A stretch of DNA of 64,000 nucleotides from Octopus sinensis (GCF_006345805.1 NW_021832267.1:1-64000); one strand, 5' to 3'; shown: positions 41,904-54,416, numbered from the stretch's first letter. Made by a program: numbers and translations. The notes: generated by a model from the letters alone, not told the origin.

Positions 41904-42423
41904 TGTATGTATGTATGTATGTATGTATGTATGTATGTGAATGCGTGTATATACGTGTATGGTTATATGTACGCATGTTTGAGTGTTCACTTAGCGTCCG
42001 TCCCACAAAATCTAGATTTTCGCCCTTGTGCCTGTCAACTTAAATAACATCAATAAACATATTAATGATTATTTACAATTAACAAGAATCAGGAAGATGG
42101 TGACGATGATGCTGACGACGACGACGGAGGCGTTTTTGTGGATGAGGAGGAGGAAGAAGGAAAGAAGAAGAGGCAGATAATAAAAATAATAGTATTAAAA
42201 ATATTAATGATAGTGATAACATTAGTTCTTTTTTCTATTTCTCATTACTCTCACGCGAAGCTATCAATCTTTTTCAATTCTCTTCATTCTTTTTATATTT
42301 TTTATCACACATTTTTCCTTCAAACTTCTCTTCCATCTACACATCCCAACCTGTTCTGTCCCTCCCCATCCCTCTCCCACCTTTTCTCTGTCTTCACTCA
42401 CAGACATCGTATATGTGTGCATG

Positions 42424-42472
<49 letters not shown>

Positions 42473-42537
42473 ATACACACACACATATGCATGTATGTAT
42501 ACATATATATATATAAATACACACACATATATGTATG

Positions 42538-42569
<32 letters not shown>

Positions 42570-42579
42570 AATATATATA

Positions 42580-42616
<37 letters not shown>

Positions 42617-43000
42617 GTATGTATATATATAAGAGAACGTCTCTCGGCCTTTTTTAAAGCCTGTTTATCTATTTATCTATCTATTTATCATATCTATTTA
42701 CCTGCCTCTCTATCTACCCAGCTACCGGTCTATTTCTATGTCTACTAAATATGTCTGTACGCGTGTAAACAATAATCATTATTGCAAATATGATCCCCCA
42801 CTCCTCCACACACAAAAAAAATCTTCCTCCCCCGCTACTACTAACAACAACGTTAACAACAACAATAACAACAACAACACTATGTCACACGATCTTTAAG
42901 CTTTCTTATTTTTCAGATTGATTTACAATTAATAATATCTACTCCATTATCTCTACCGACAGATTAAAATTATATGCGTGTGTGTATATGTATGTATGTG

Positions 43001-43036
<36 letters not shown>

Positions 43037-43051
43037 CATACATAAAATATG

Positions 43052-43121
<70 letters not shown>

Positions 43122-45069
43122 TATATATAATGTATGTGTGTATGTATGTATATGTATATATATGGTGCGTGTCTGTATATGTATACATATTTATATGCAT
43201 GTGTGCATGTATGTATATATGTGTATGTGTATGTATGTATAAATATGTGTGCGTGTATATATATATGTGTGTGTGTATTTATGCGTATATGCATGAATAT
43301 ATATTCATGCATATATGTATGCATTTATATATTTTTATCTATATACATCTATAAATATGTGTGTGTATGTATAAATGTGTTTGCGTGCATGTATGAATGT
43401 TCGTATGTATGTTTCCCTCTCCACTTCCCCAACGAATTAAAGTATATCTGCCACCCAGCGCAGGGATCGAACTGCCAACCTCATCCACCGAGTTGAAGCT
43501 CTTTACTATGACATACGACACTTGTTATTTAGCCTGTAACTGGATCCTTTCAGCTTCGACACAACCTCCACCCTAATCCCTAAATGGCTCCCTTTAACTC
43601 CACATTTAGAACCCTTTCTCTCCATTTCTCCCCGCTCATTCTCTTTCTGTCTCACCCTAATTCTGGACCTTTCAATCCGTTTATTGTTGACATTAGGGGT
43701 GTCATAATTTGACAGGGCCAATGTGTTGGTGTCGGTTTCGATTCCGGTATGGTTTTAGAGAGGCATTGATTATTGCAGCGATGTTTAGGGTATTTACGAT
43801 ACGAGCGAAATGATGTCGGGGCGTTGGTAGACAATGATAGTGATAGTGGTGGAGGTTGTGGTAGTGTTGATGCTGGTGCTGTTGGTAGTGTCGGTGGTGA
43901 TGTGTGTGTGTGTATGTGTGTGAGTTTGTGTGTGCGTGTGTGTATGTGTGTGAGTTTGTGTGTGCGTGTGTGTATGTGTGTGAGGTGGGGTGGTGATAAG
44001 GTTGTTGTGGAGGATGCGGTGCTGAGGGTGGTATGGTGTTGAGGCAGTTGTGATGTGAATGTTTATGTGCTGATAGTGATGGTGATGATTGCGGTGGGGC
44101 TAGCAGCGGGAGGGGTGATTGAGGGGTGGTAGAGGTAGTGGTGGTGGTGCTAGTGGTTTCGGTGATCTGGATGATGTAGGCGGTGGTGGTGCTGATGCTG
44201 AAGATGGTAGAGTGTTTAGGTGATTGTGATGGCGATGCTTATCGTGGTGGTTCTGGTGGTAGTGGAAGTAGGAATATTTTCGTGGTTGAGGTGGGGACGT
44301 TTGTGGCAGTGGGGACAACGGTGTTTATTCTCGTATTAGTGGTAGTGATGCTGATGACGAAGGCGGAGTGGGAGTTGAGGGCGTGGTGTCACTCATACTG
44401 ATGATCGGGTTTATGGTGGTGGATGTAGCGATAAAAAGCCATTGAATTTATGGGTGGTGGTCTCGTCGTAAAGGCTGTAGTGTGGTGGTGTTCATGATGG
44501 TGAAGGATATAGTTGTGGTGGTGGTGGGGTGATACTATGGCGGTATGTTTGGTAGCGGCAGTGGTTGCTGTAGTAGTATTTGTGATGACTGAGCTGGGAG
44601 TATATGACGAAGTAGTGGTGATGATGAGTGATGGTGACTGATGGCCGGGAGAATGACTGATGGTAGGGATGGGGACTGATAATAATGTTGGAATGGTGGT
44701 GGTTGGAGCGATGTAGTGGTTGTTAGTGATGGTTGTTAGGGATGTAGTGATGACAACCGACAATGGTGGCGGTGACAGCGGTTGCGGTGGTGACAGTAGT
44801 GTGGCGGTTGTGGTAACATGATAGTTGAAGTGGTGGTTGTCTGATGATGGCTGTTGGTGGTATGATTACTGTTGGTGACTGATGGTGGTGACGGCGGTGA
44901 GTGTGGTGATGATGATGACGGTGGTGCTAGTGAGGTTGTAGTGGTGGTAGTGGTGGTAGCGACCACTGCTGTTATATTGGTGAAGTGACATCACACGAGA
45001 TCTATCTGCATGTGCCAGATGGCAGGCACACGTCTTTAATTCTCTAATAACCTCTTCTTTCCGAGCAAT

Positions 45070-45102
<33 letters not shown>

Positions 45103-45103
45103 T

Positions 45104-45156
<53 letters not shown>

Positions 45157-45967
45157 TGATGCTGATGTTCATGTTCATGTTGTTATTGATGTTGTTCGTA
45201 TATGACCCGATTAGAACTCGCGTTGCTCTAATGAACCACGGTGAAGAGACTCCATCCGACTAATATCACACCTTCACACCACGTCCTCCGTTCACTTACC
45301 GCCCCTCAATCACGGGGCCCTTCATTTATTTATATTTCTTATTTTTATTTTAGTTTTATTTCAAATTATTTTTATTTTATTTCTATTTAGTTATTTATTT
45401 ATTCATTTATTCAGAATCAAACCAAGCTGTCAAAAAAAATCCTTTAAATATATAAAAAAAGATAATTGAACCGAATAAATAAATAAATAAAGAAGCGTAA
45501 ACGTCAAAAGGCAATATTTAATAGTCCCTGGCAGAATCATGTAACCAAATGCTCTTCCCCTCATCACCACATACATCTGCTTTTTCCTTTCTAAAGATGA
45601 CAGTTGGAAAACCACAAACGTTAATTACTCGTTAGTATCTAGTTGCTTTATATGTCAAGAATTTAGCCATTTTCATCAACTGTACTGCTGCAATGTTGGA
45701 GGAGAAGAAGATGGTGAAGGGGTAAAAAAAAAACTGAAGAAAAAATACTGAATAATAATAATAATAAGAAGACAAATTTCCTTTTTTCAAGATGGCTGAA
45801 CTCCTTTTAGAAATGTAACTTGAAATTATGCACAGTCATTTGAACATGCAAAACAGGGGCAACGTTTAAATCGTTTGGACGTTCGTACATAAAATCAAAC
45901 GCTGATACATACACAAGCAAGCACACACCCCTCCTCAACCCAAAAGACACACACATGCACACACTCA

Positions 45968-46018
<51 letters not shown>

Positions 46019-46035
46019 ACACATACTATATATAT

Positions 46036-46196
46036 AGGGAGAATTCACGAAAAAAAACAAAAGACGAAGACTAGTGGTGTAGAAAACAAACAGATGTATT
46101 AGTATAACGCTCGGGAATTGAAAAGTCTTTAACGTTTCGAGCCTACGCTCTTCCACAGAAAGGAACACAAAGAAACAAGGCGAGAAAAAAGGAGAG

Positions 46197-46200
<4 letters not shown>
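46036..46200 (-). mobile_element. Non-coding mini-element with hammerhead-like motif (46127-46162), flanked by (TA)n
   Basis: Minus strand: CTTT-CTGTGGAA-GAGC-GTAG-GCTC-GAAAC-GTT-AAAG; stems I and II perfect, palindromic ACGT stem III. Confidence 0.75.
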
Positions 46201-46273
<73 letters not shown>

Positions 46274-46276
46274 TAT

Positions 46277-48240
46277 ATAAAATATTAGAAAAAACCCATT
46301 TTATCAATTCAAACTGAATAATTAAATTACACCATCTAGAAAATTACATATAATAGAGAAGTTAAAATCAAAATAGCAATAAAAAGTAAAGATTAAGTAA
46401 ATTACAAAAATAATATAATGTATATAATAGGTAGAAAACGACGCGTGTTTCGCTGCTATATTTAATAATATAATAATAGGTGTCTGTTATTTTTATTTGG
46501 GTGTCTTTATATTAGTTTCTCCATTAGTTGAGTTTTTTTCAATTTTTTTAGTTCATGGAGCTTTAAGTTTTTTCGTCTTTTAGTATTTTTCATTGATAAT
46601 AATTTCGCCACGTTCATTGAGTATTTATTGTATTCCACGCGATATATTTTATAAACGTTTTTTTCTTTTCGTATTTTTCATTGTTAAAAGTTTCGCTACG
46701 TTCTTTGAGGATTTATCTTATTTCTTTGCACTATGTATCCACGCGATAATTTTATAAACGCCTTAAATATATATTTCTTTTTAAAATTCAGTTACTCTTC
46801 ATTCTTCGTTAAAGCTAAGTCTGATTTTTATCGTTTCTCTATTTTATTTGAATATTGAACCGTTGTGTGTTCGAAATTATTATTATTGTTGATATTATTA
46901 TTGTTTGATGTAATATTTTTATTTATTTATAGTTTCTTGATAGTATTTTTTACGTCCGATGTTTAATTGTTATAAAAGATTTTACATTTTACATATTATT
47001 TAACTTGAGAATTTATTTTGTTAGACTTTATTTCTTATAATAATTAGATTATATTTTCATTAAATAGTATTATTTTTAAATAAACTAGTTTTTATTTTAA
47101 TATAAAGTTTATGTTTAACTTTTTTATCGTGTGATATATTAAATCTATAGATATTATACATGGATATTAATATAACGAGTTTATATAATGCATTTTAGTG
47201 TATTTGTACTATTTCAAATTTTTGATTGTATTTTTCATGAATGGAATCGATTGAGTTGATTAATTAGACGCTTATCATTTTAAAATCTAGATAGATTAAC
47301 AGAATCGTTGAACTTAGTAATTTAGTTTGCTTATCAATATTAGTTACTTCTTGCTATTATTTTGACTTGATCGTTTTTATTATTGTTAATGTTATTGACT
47401 GGTTTGGTAGAGGACTGGTGATTGTGATTGTACATCTTCATAGTGTATTGTTCTTTGGTTCTAATATTTTAGCACCTTCCTTTAATTTGGGGTTGATAGG
47501 TTTTCTTACTTTCCATTAGCATATTGTTATCGCTAATATATATATATATATTTGTTTATTTATATATTTTATCATAATATATTATATTATATATTGATAT
47601 ATAGGTGGATTATGTATTTGTAATACTAAATTTAAGTTAATTAGGTATTATATTATTTGATATTTAGTCAATTTTGTTATAGATTGTTATATTAAATATA
47701 TAGATACTATACATGTATTTTTATAATATGGTTAGCTTATTTAAGGAGTTTGTCTATATTTGAAACGTTTCTTATTTTGATTACAATTTAATGACTTGTA
47801 ATAGCTTAGTGTATTTTATTTAATTTTAAATTATTTAATTATTGAAGAATTATTATATTTTTCACTTATGTACATTTAGAATTTTCATATACATACATAC
47901 ATACATACTACATACATATATATATATATACATGTATATATATTAAAGTATATTTATAAATTAATTATTTTATTGTTCTATTTTATTTTTAACCTGATGA
48001 GCGACTATATTTATATGGAAGTGATTTCTCTACTACTATAATCATTTCTTAAATATAGCAGCGAAACATGTGTTGTTTTTCTACCTATTAGATACATTAT
48101 ATTATTTTTGTAATTTACTTAATCTTTACATTTGATTGTTATTTTAATTTTACCTTCTCTATTATATGTAATTTTCTAGATGGTGTAATTTAACTATTCA
48201 TTTTGAATTGATAAAAGGTGGGTTTTTTCTAATATTTTAT
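46277..48240 (+). mobile_element. Penelope-like element remnant with inverted partial pLTR (about 190-bp arms, 46277-46464 / 48050-48240)
   Basis: Terminal inverted arms in (TA)n; right arm overlaps a complete hammerhead; interior extremely AT-rich with no recognisable RT or GIY-YIG. Confidence 0.7.
47991..48077 (+). ncRNA. Type I hammerhead ribozyme motif with long stem II
   Basis: AAC-CTGATGA-GC..CTATATTTA..GGAAGTGATT/AATCATTTCT..TAAATATAG..GC-GAAAC-ATGT-GTT-GTT; the inverted copy preserves GAAAC-ACGC-GTC. Confidence 0.75.
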
Positions 48241-48246
48241 ATATAT

Positions 48247-48440
48247 ATTATATTGTGTGTAATATGATTTAGTATTTCTAAATTGAATTCTTTTTCCTTT
48301 AAGTTTGGATTTTATTTCCTCAAATAATAACTATACATATATATATATATTATATTGTGTGTAATATGACTTTAGTATTTCTAAATTGAATTCTTTTCCT
48401 TAAGTTTGGATTTTATTTCCTCAAATAATAACTATACATA
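48247..48440. repeat. About 100-bp tandem duplication
   Basis: 48247-48340 repeated at 48349-48440 with a few indels. Confidence 0.85.
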
Positions 48441-48449
48441 TATATATAT

Positions 48450-48503
<54 letters not shown>

Positions 48504-48788
48504 TATATATATATAGATATAATATATATATGAAAATAGTAATGCAATACTAGAGTATTGCTTTCCAGTAAAGAATAGCCCGTGAGGGTAAAATTATACA
48601 TAAAAGTAAATAAATGATACAACGAAGTATCGATATTTACTGGAAAATAGCGAACGTAATAAATACGACGCTAATGTATAGCTTCACTGCGTATGTGCTA
48701 GTAAAGATGCGTGTGTGCAACAAACATGAAAAATTGTCTTACCTCTAGGAAGAACATCTGAAAAATGAAAAACCTAGATAAGGATAAT

Positions 48789-48857
48789 GCAGTACCGGTT
48801 TCGGATTTTTCAAAATACGAATGCCAATCGTATAATTGATTTATCTTCATCAGCCAC
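48789..48857 (-). ncRNA. Type I hammerhead ribozyme (inverted copy)
   Basis: Reverse complement of 49327-49395; CTGATGA core at 48847-48853. Confidence 0.75.
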
Positions 48858-49326
48858 ATATACCTCAACAATATTTCAAATGTTGCCATCTATGCCAGTA
48901 CACTCGTCAGAACGCCAAAACGTTAACAGAGTGAGAACAGTGAAGAAGTTTCAATGAAAATAGTAATGCAATACGAGAGTATTGGTTTTTCATTTTTCAG
49001 ATGTTCTTCCTAGAGGTAAGACAATTTTTCATGTTTGTTGCACACACGCATCTTTACTAGTACATACGCAGTGAAGCTATACATTAGCGTCGTATTTATT
49101 ACGTTCGCTATTTTCCAGTATATATATCGATACTTCGTTGTATCATTTATTTACTTTTATGTATAATTTTACCCTCACGGACTATTCTTTACTGGAAAGC
49201 AATACTCTCGTATTGCATCACTATTTTCATTGAAGCTTCTTCACTGTTCTCACTCTGTTAAAGTTTTGGCGTTCAGACGAGTGTACTGGCATAGATGGCA
49301 ACATTTGAAATGTTGTTGGGGTATAT

Positions 49327-49395
49327 GTGGCTGATGAAGATAAATCAATTATACGATTGGCATTCGTATTTTGAAAAATCCGAAACCGGTACTGC
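49327..49395 (+). ncRNA. Type I hammerhead ribozyme
   Basis: GTGG-CTGATGA-AGAT...ATACGA/TCGTAT...ATCC-GAAA-CCG-GTA-CTGC; canonical core, palindromic stem III ACCGGT, GUA triplet with predicted cut after 49391. Confidence 0.75.
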
Positions 49396-49635
49396 ATTAT
49401 CCTTATCTAGGTTTTTCATTTTTCAGATGTTCTTCCTAGAGGTAAGACAATTTTTCATGTTTGTTGCACACACGCATCTTTACTAGTACATACGCAGTGA
49501 AGCTATACATTAGCGTCGTATTTATTACGTTCGCTATTTTCCAGTAAATATCGATACTTCGTTGTATCATTTATTTACTTTTATATATATATATATATAT
49601 ATGCATATATAATGTGTATATATATCTACGTATGT

Positions 49636-49673
<38 letters not shown>

Positions 49674-50235
49674 CGCCAGCCTTAGCCATTGGGCTGCACC
49701 TGAGATGAGGTATCGCCTTTAAGTTTTCTTTTTAACTTTCGTCATTCATACCGCTCTTAAATGTAATCATTATATCGACACTCTTTTTATGGAATAGCTA
49801 GGCCATTACTGAAATACTACTAAAGATGGCTGACGTGGGGCTCAACAGCAAGAACAACTGGACCCGCACGTTCACACAAACATATTTGGACACATAGACA
49901 CACATACAGATATACGTACACGCATGCATACATGCGGGCGTATGTACGCGTGTGTATAATAATTTCACCACTTTTCCGTAAACTGAAGACAAAAAGGAAT
50001 TGTCTTGATTGATTTTTGACCCTTATTGCATCTGTTCTCTGAATCATGTAGATTCAGAGAACTGGACCTACTAGTTTGCATACCATAAGTGTTTAACCCT
50101 TCATTTAATATCAGCAGCCAAGAATTTCCTACAAAGTATACTAAGAGTCTTTGCGAAATGTTTATGGTCTCGTAAAGAGCATCTCCCGATTCTGAAAGCC
50201 TGTGTTGCTTAGATAATATAGAGGCAGAAAATAAT

Positions 50236-50450
50236 GATTTCAAATTTTTGCCACAAGGGCAGCCGACGGCGGGGGTGGGATTAAGTTGATTACATCGACC
50301 CCAGTGCGTAACTGGTGCTTAATTTATTGACCCCGAAAGTATGAAAGGCAAAGTCGACCTCGGCGGAATTTGAACTCAGAACGTAACGGCAGACGAAATA
50401 CGGCTACGCATTTCGCCCGGCGTGCTAACGTTTCTGCCAGCTCGTCGCCT
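50236..50450 (-). mobile_element. Family A SINE, young insertion with 19-bp TSD
   Basis: TATAGAGGCAGAAAATAAT at 50217-50235 and 50451-50469. Confidence 0.93.
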
Positions 50451-50469
50451 TATAGAGGCAGAAAATAAT

Positions 50470-50640
50470 TCTTTCTACTATAGACACAAGGTCTGAAATT
50501 TGTGGGAGGGAACTAGTCGACTACATTGACCCCAGTGTTATAAGTAACCTAGAAAAGAGGAAAAGCGGAATATGAACTCATAGCATAGTGACTGCTGAAA
50601 TGCCGCTAAATATTTTGCCCGGCGTGCCAGCTTGCTGCTA
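50470..50640 (-). mobile_element. Older family A SINE
   Basis: TCTTTCTACTATAGACACAAGG tail, AGTCGACTACATTGACCCCAGTG, TTTTGCCCGGCGTGCCAGCTTGC head with deletions. Confidence 0.7.
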
Positions 50641-51455
50641 TAAGTAATAATATTAATAATAAAATAAATCACAAGTAAATGCAACAGTACACGTGTATTC
50701 TTAAATACTCGTGACTCTACCGCGATGCAAATGTTTCCGCTTTAACGCATGAGTTAAGATGAATCAAATCCCTTGCTAATCCAACACAGCACAGCTCTTA
50801 AACTGTTTTTTCTTCTATTAATTAATTCAAACAAGATTGAACATGTCTGAGATAATGAGACCAAATTTTTTTCCTTTATAGATACTAATTAGCTAGAAAA
50901 AACAAGAAAAAAAGTTTAACATTGCAAACCATCGATATTTAATTTACTGTTGATTCCATGGTGGTGGTCGTAGTAGTGGCGGTGGCATTTGTTGTTGTTG
51001 TTCTGTTGCTATTATTTTTGTTGTTTAGCCCCAAGTCAGCCCTGATCAAGCAGATTTCAGCTGAAAAGCATCCAGACAGCGATTATTCTGTTATTTTGTA
51101 TATCAGGAATGTTATTCTCCATAGTATTTTAAAAATACAAACCTTGACTCTACAACACTGTATATAAATTCCCTACTGGGAATGACCAAGTTTAAAAATC
51201 TGCTGGATCTCACTGATAAGAGAATATTACATTGCTTATAAACTCTATATTTGGAAGGACTCATATTAAACTCTGTTGGACTTTAGGATTTTACTCAAAG
51301 GATATTGGTAAATTGCATATATACGATTATGCCTATAAAACTGATTTATAAATTCAATATCCATACATATCTTATTTCTATTTTCTTTCCTCCACCTCAC
51401 TCTCTATTTGTATCACGTCTAAACTAACTATGATTACATTTTTTCCTCTCACACC

Positions 51456-51507
51456 GTCTCCGATGAAAGAATATTATTAATTAATATCCTAGAAACAGCG
51501 GTAAGAC
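51456..51507 (+). ncRNA. Hammerhead-like motif (U4C variant) in a probable Penelope pLTR remnant
   Basis: GTCT-CCGATGAA-AGAATATTA-TTAAT-TAATATCCT-A-GAAAC-AGCG-GTA-AGAC; stem I GTCT/AGAC perfect. Confidence 0.6.
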
Positions 51508-51720
51508 CTTCTATCTATAAATGCTCTAATATCTATACAGCCTTGTATTTTTTTTTTATCTTATTACCAAAAAAAATTCTTATCTACATACACTGACATA
51601 GAACCAACGTTGAACTCTTTATTCGCAATATTACCGAATCTAGAACTTAACTATAGTCTGTCTTTAGCACTTATTCAACATTACCTGATACATTTGGGTC
51701 ACAATGACACCATTATCTCT

Positions 51721-51816
<96 letters not shown>

Positions 51817-51841
51817 ATCATATAAATATCTATATATATAT

Positions 51842-51872
<31 letters not shown>

Positions 51873-51884
51873 ATATATATATAA

Positions 51885-52266
51885 GTGGAGGCGCAATGGC
51901 CCAGTGGTTAGGGCAGCGGATTCGCGGTCATAGGATCGCGGTTTCGATTCCTAGACCGAGCGTTGTGAGTGTTTATTGAGCGAAAACACCTAAAGCTCCA
52001 CGATGCTCCGGCAGGGGATGGTGGTGATCCCTGCTGTATTCTTTCACCACAACTTTCTCTCACTCTTGCTTCCTGTTTCTGTTGTACCTGTATTTCAAAG
52101 GGCCGGCCTTGTCACTCTCTGTGTCACGCTAAATATCCCCGAAAACTATGTTAAGGGTACACGTGTCTGTGGAGTGCTCAGCCACTTACACGTTAATTTC
52201 ACGAGCAGGCTGTTCCGTTGATTCGGATCAACCGGAACCCTCGTCGTCGTAACCGGAGTGCTTCCA
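51885..52266 (+). mobile_element. Family B SINE, tail type 2
   Basis: First about 195 bp match 15992-16187 (B-box GGTTTCGATTCC); 3' half unrelated to that copy. Confidence 0.85.
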
Positions 52267-52829
52267 AAAGAAAAAAAATATATATATATTCTTTATCTGT
52301 GGATTAGCAATAAATAAGTTCATAAGGAAAGAATTTCCATAATTTTCAACCAATACAGTTTTCAATGTTCGCAGTCATCTACAAAACGGGACGATTATCT
52401 ACAAATGGAAATTGCCACCAGAAATAAATGCCAATGGACTGTTGCCATTACTATACCTCTATACCTCCCGATGACAGCTCCATAAGTTATTTTCCATTGT
52501 TATAGCATCAACTGAGGCGACAAATTAACCAAGCCGAGAGTATCTTATAATATTTGTTCTAACTCTTACTGCTCTAAGTTCAAGTCCTGCTGAGGTCGGC
52601 TTTGCCAGTCATGCTTTTGGATTCGATAAATAAATTACCAGCCCAGGGTGGTGTATCGGCAGATTTATAGTTTTGGACGAAATTACTTTTAGTATCTGTT
52701 CCCGGTTTTTGCATTCTGAGTTTAAATTTCGTCCGGAGATTCAAATCTCACCAACTGCTATATCATCATTCCTCATGCGCTGACATGCATTTACAGCAAA
52801 GCTGACCAGTGGCAGACTTCTGCATCGGC

Positions 52830-53610
52830 ACTGTTCTGAATTTGAACAGGTATCCTGTCGTCTCATCACAGTTGTGCCCTGTCCTGAAATGAATGTATTG
52901 CTGGTTGTATCTGATCTTAAATTTATTCTTCATAATACCCATACTTCTTCTTTCAGTGTTATCAGCGGATTTATACTTGCCCTGTATACATTGTTGTCTA
53001 TTTTTGAGTTTTAGGTTTTTCATTTTACCATTAACTTATAGGTATTTTCCACGATCAATATTATTTATTTTTCAAACACCTTTTATTCCAGTTTCTATTT
53101 CTTCCTCCTCGCTATCGGTTACCTCGGTCACTTCTAACTCTAAAAACTGATAATAGGATTTTTGTTTATAGTTTCAGAAGATCCCAAGATCATTGCGTTT
53201 ATGGCCAGAACATATTTTCTAAGAATGCTGTCATCTAAAAGCTAACATTCATTTTCTTATTTTCTCACCTACACTTGTTAATTCTTTTAACATCCTCTTA
53301 AAGGGTAAATAACAGTAATCTAACTCTACTTATTTATTTCAGACATTTATTTCAGTTTTAAGTATTGATTTAATACATTAGTAATATTCCTTCCTAACTT
53401 CTTCAAATAGTTTATTTGTGAAAGAGGGTAATACTCACTTTCATCCTTTGAATACTAGGTAAAACATTACTTGGGCCTAATTCTATTACTTTCTTTTTAT
53501 CAAATCTGTTACTGGCATTACCAAATTTTCCTTTTTTCTGAAAGTCTTTGCATAGTTTTCTAAAACTTCATTTTTACTGCTCCACTGATTCCTTAAAATA
53601 AACTCTACAG
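52830..53610 (-). pseudogene. Highly decayed LINE RT and knuckle relic (L1-like)
   Basis: Minus strand has TTAGCTTTTAGATGAC (LAF-DD-like), GATCTTGGGATC (YLGI-like) and CDETTGYLF in the expected order; no intact frame. Confidence 0.35.
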
Positions 53611-53655
53611 GATGTTCAGTTTCATTATTATTATTATTATTATTTATTATTATTA

Positions 53656-53722
<67 letters not shown>

Positions 53723-53746
53723 TATTATTATTACTATTACTATTAC

Positions 53747-53827
<81 letters not shown>

Positions 53828-53925
53828 TATTATTATTATTATTACTATTATTATTATTAGTGAGTGAGTGAATGAGTGAGTGAGTGAGTGAGTGAGTGAG
53901 TGAGTGAGTGAGTGAGTGAGTGAGT

Positions 53926-54416
53926 AGGCATGCCTTCAAAGTGACACTAGGGTGAGATATACGAAGCCCAGTAAACCCGTCTGATAAGAGTACACTAGAC
54001 ACATGCATCACAACCATGTGTGCATGACATGGTGATCTGTCATCAAGATAAACAGCACATGACCTTGCAGGTGGGGCCTTGCTAGAATTTTCTTCAAATT
54101 GAGTAGCCTATCCCGCTCAAACGGTCCTTGAATAAGAGTTGTTTGAGGATGTTGAATGAAACATGCCACATTCCGGAAGTGAATTATCCAAACCCCAAAG
54201 AATTCCTCTCAACACATGGCCATGATGCTCCCCCACTACTTCTGCTTATGATCAGAGATTCACATACCATCAGCCACTAAGGGACATTCTTAACTGGTTA
54301 TGGTCAAGCAACTGACAAGCAAATCTGTGGTATTGAACAGAATATAAAATATTTGCTGTAGCCCATCTTTTATACCAAGACAAAACAATGTACACGGTAA
54401 CACATCCAGTCGGTTA
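53926..54416 (-). mobile_element. Family D copy 4, between (TTA)n tracts
   Basis: Reverse complement of 28860-29350; 3' end runs into (CACT)n then (TAA)n. Confidence 0.85.

Larger units (their letters stand above)
48531..49584. mobile_element. Retrozyme/Penelope-pLTR-like element: 424-nt monomer in inverted (48531-48984) and tandem (48985-49584) arrangement
   Basis: TGAAAATAGTAATGCAATAC recurs at 48531 and 48955 (period 424); ATGTTCTTCC at 49001 and 49427 (period 426); the two arms are reverse complements in a different circular phase; near-duplicate ORFs MATFE...HLY on opposite strands confirm the symmetry. Confidence 0.85.

Noticed and set aside
48698-49486. Near-identical 63-aa ORFs on opposite strands (MATFE...HLY)
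   Set aside because: A by-product of the inverted repeat overlapping the ribozyme; no recognisable protein.
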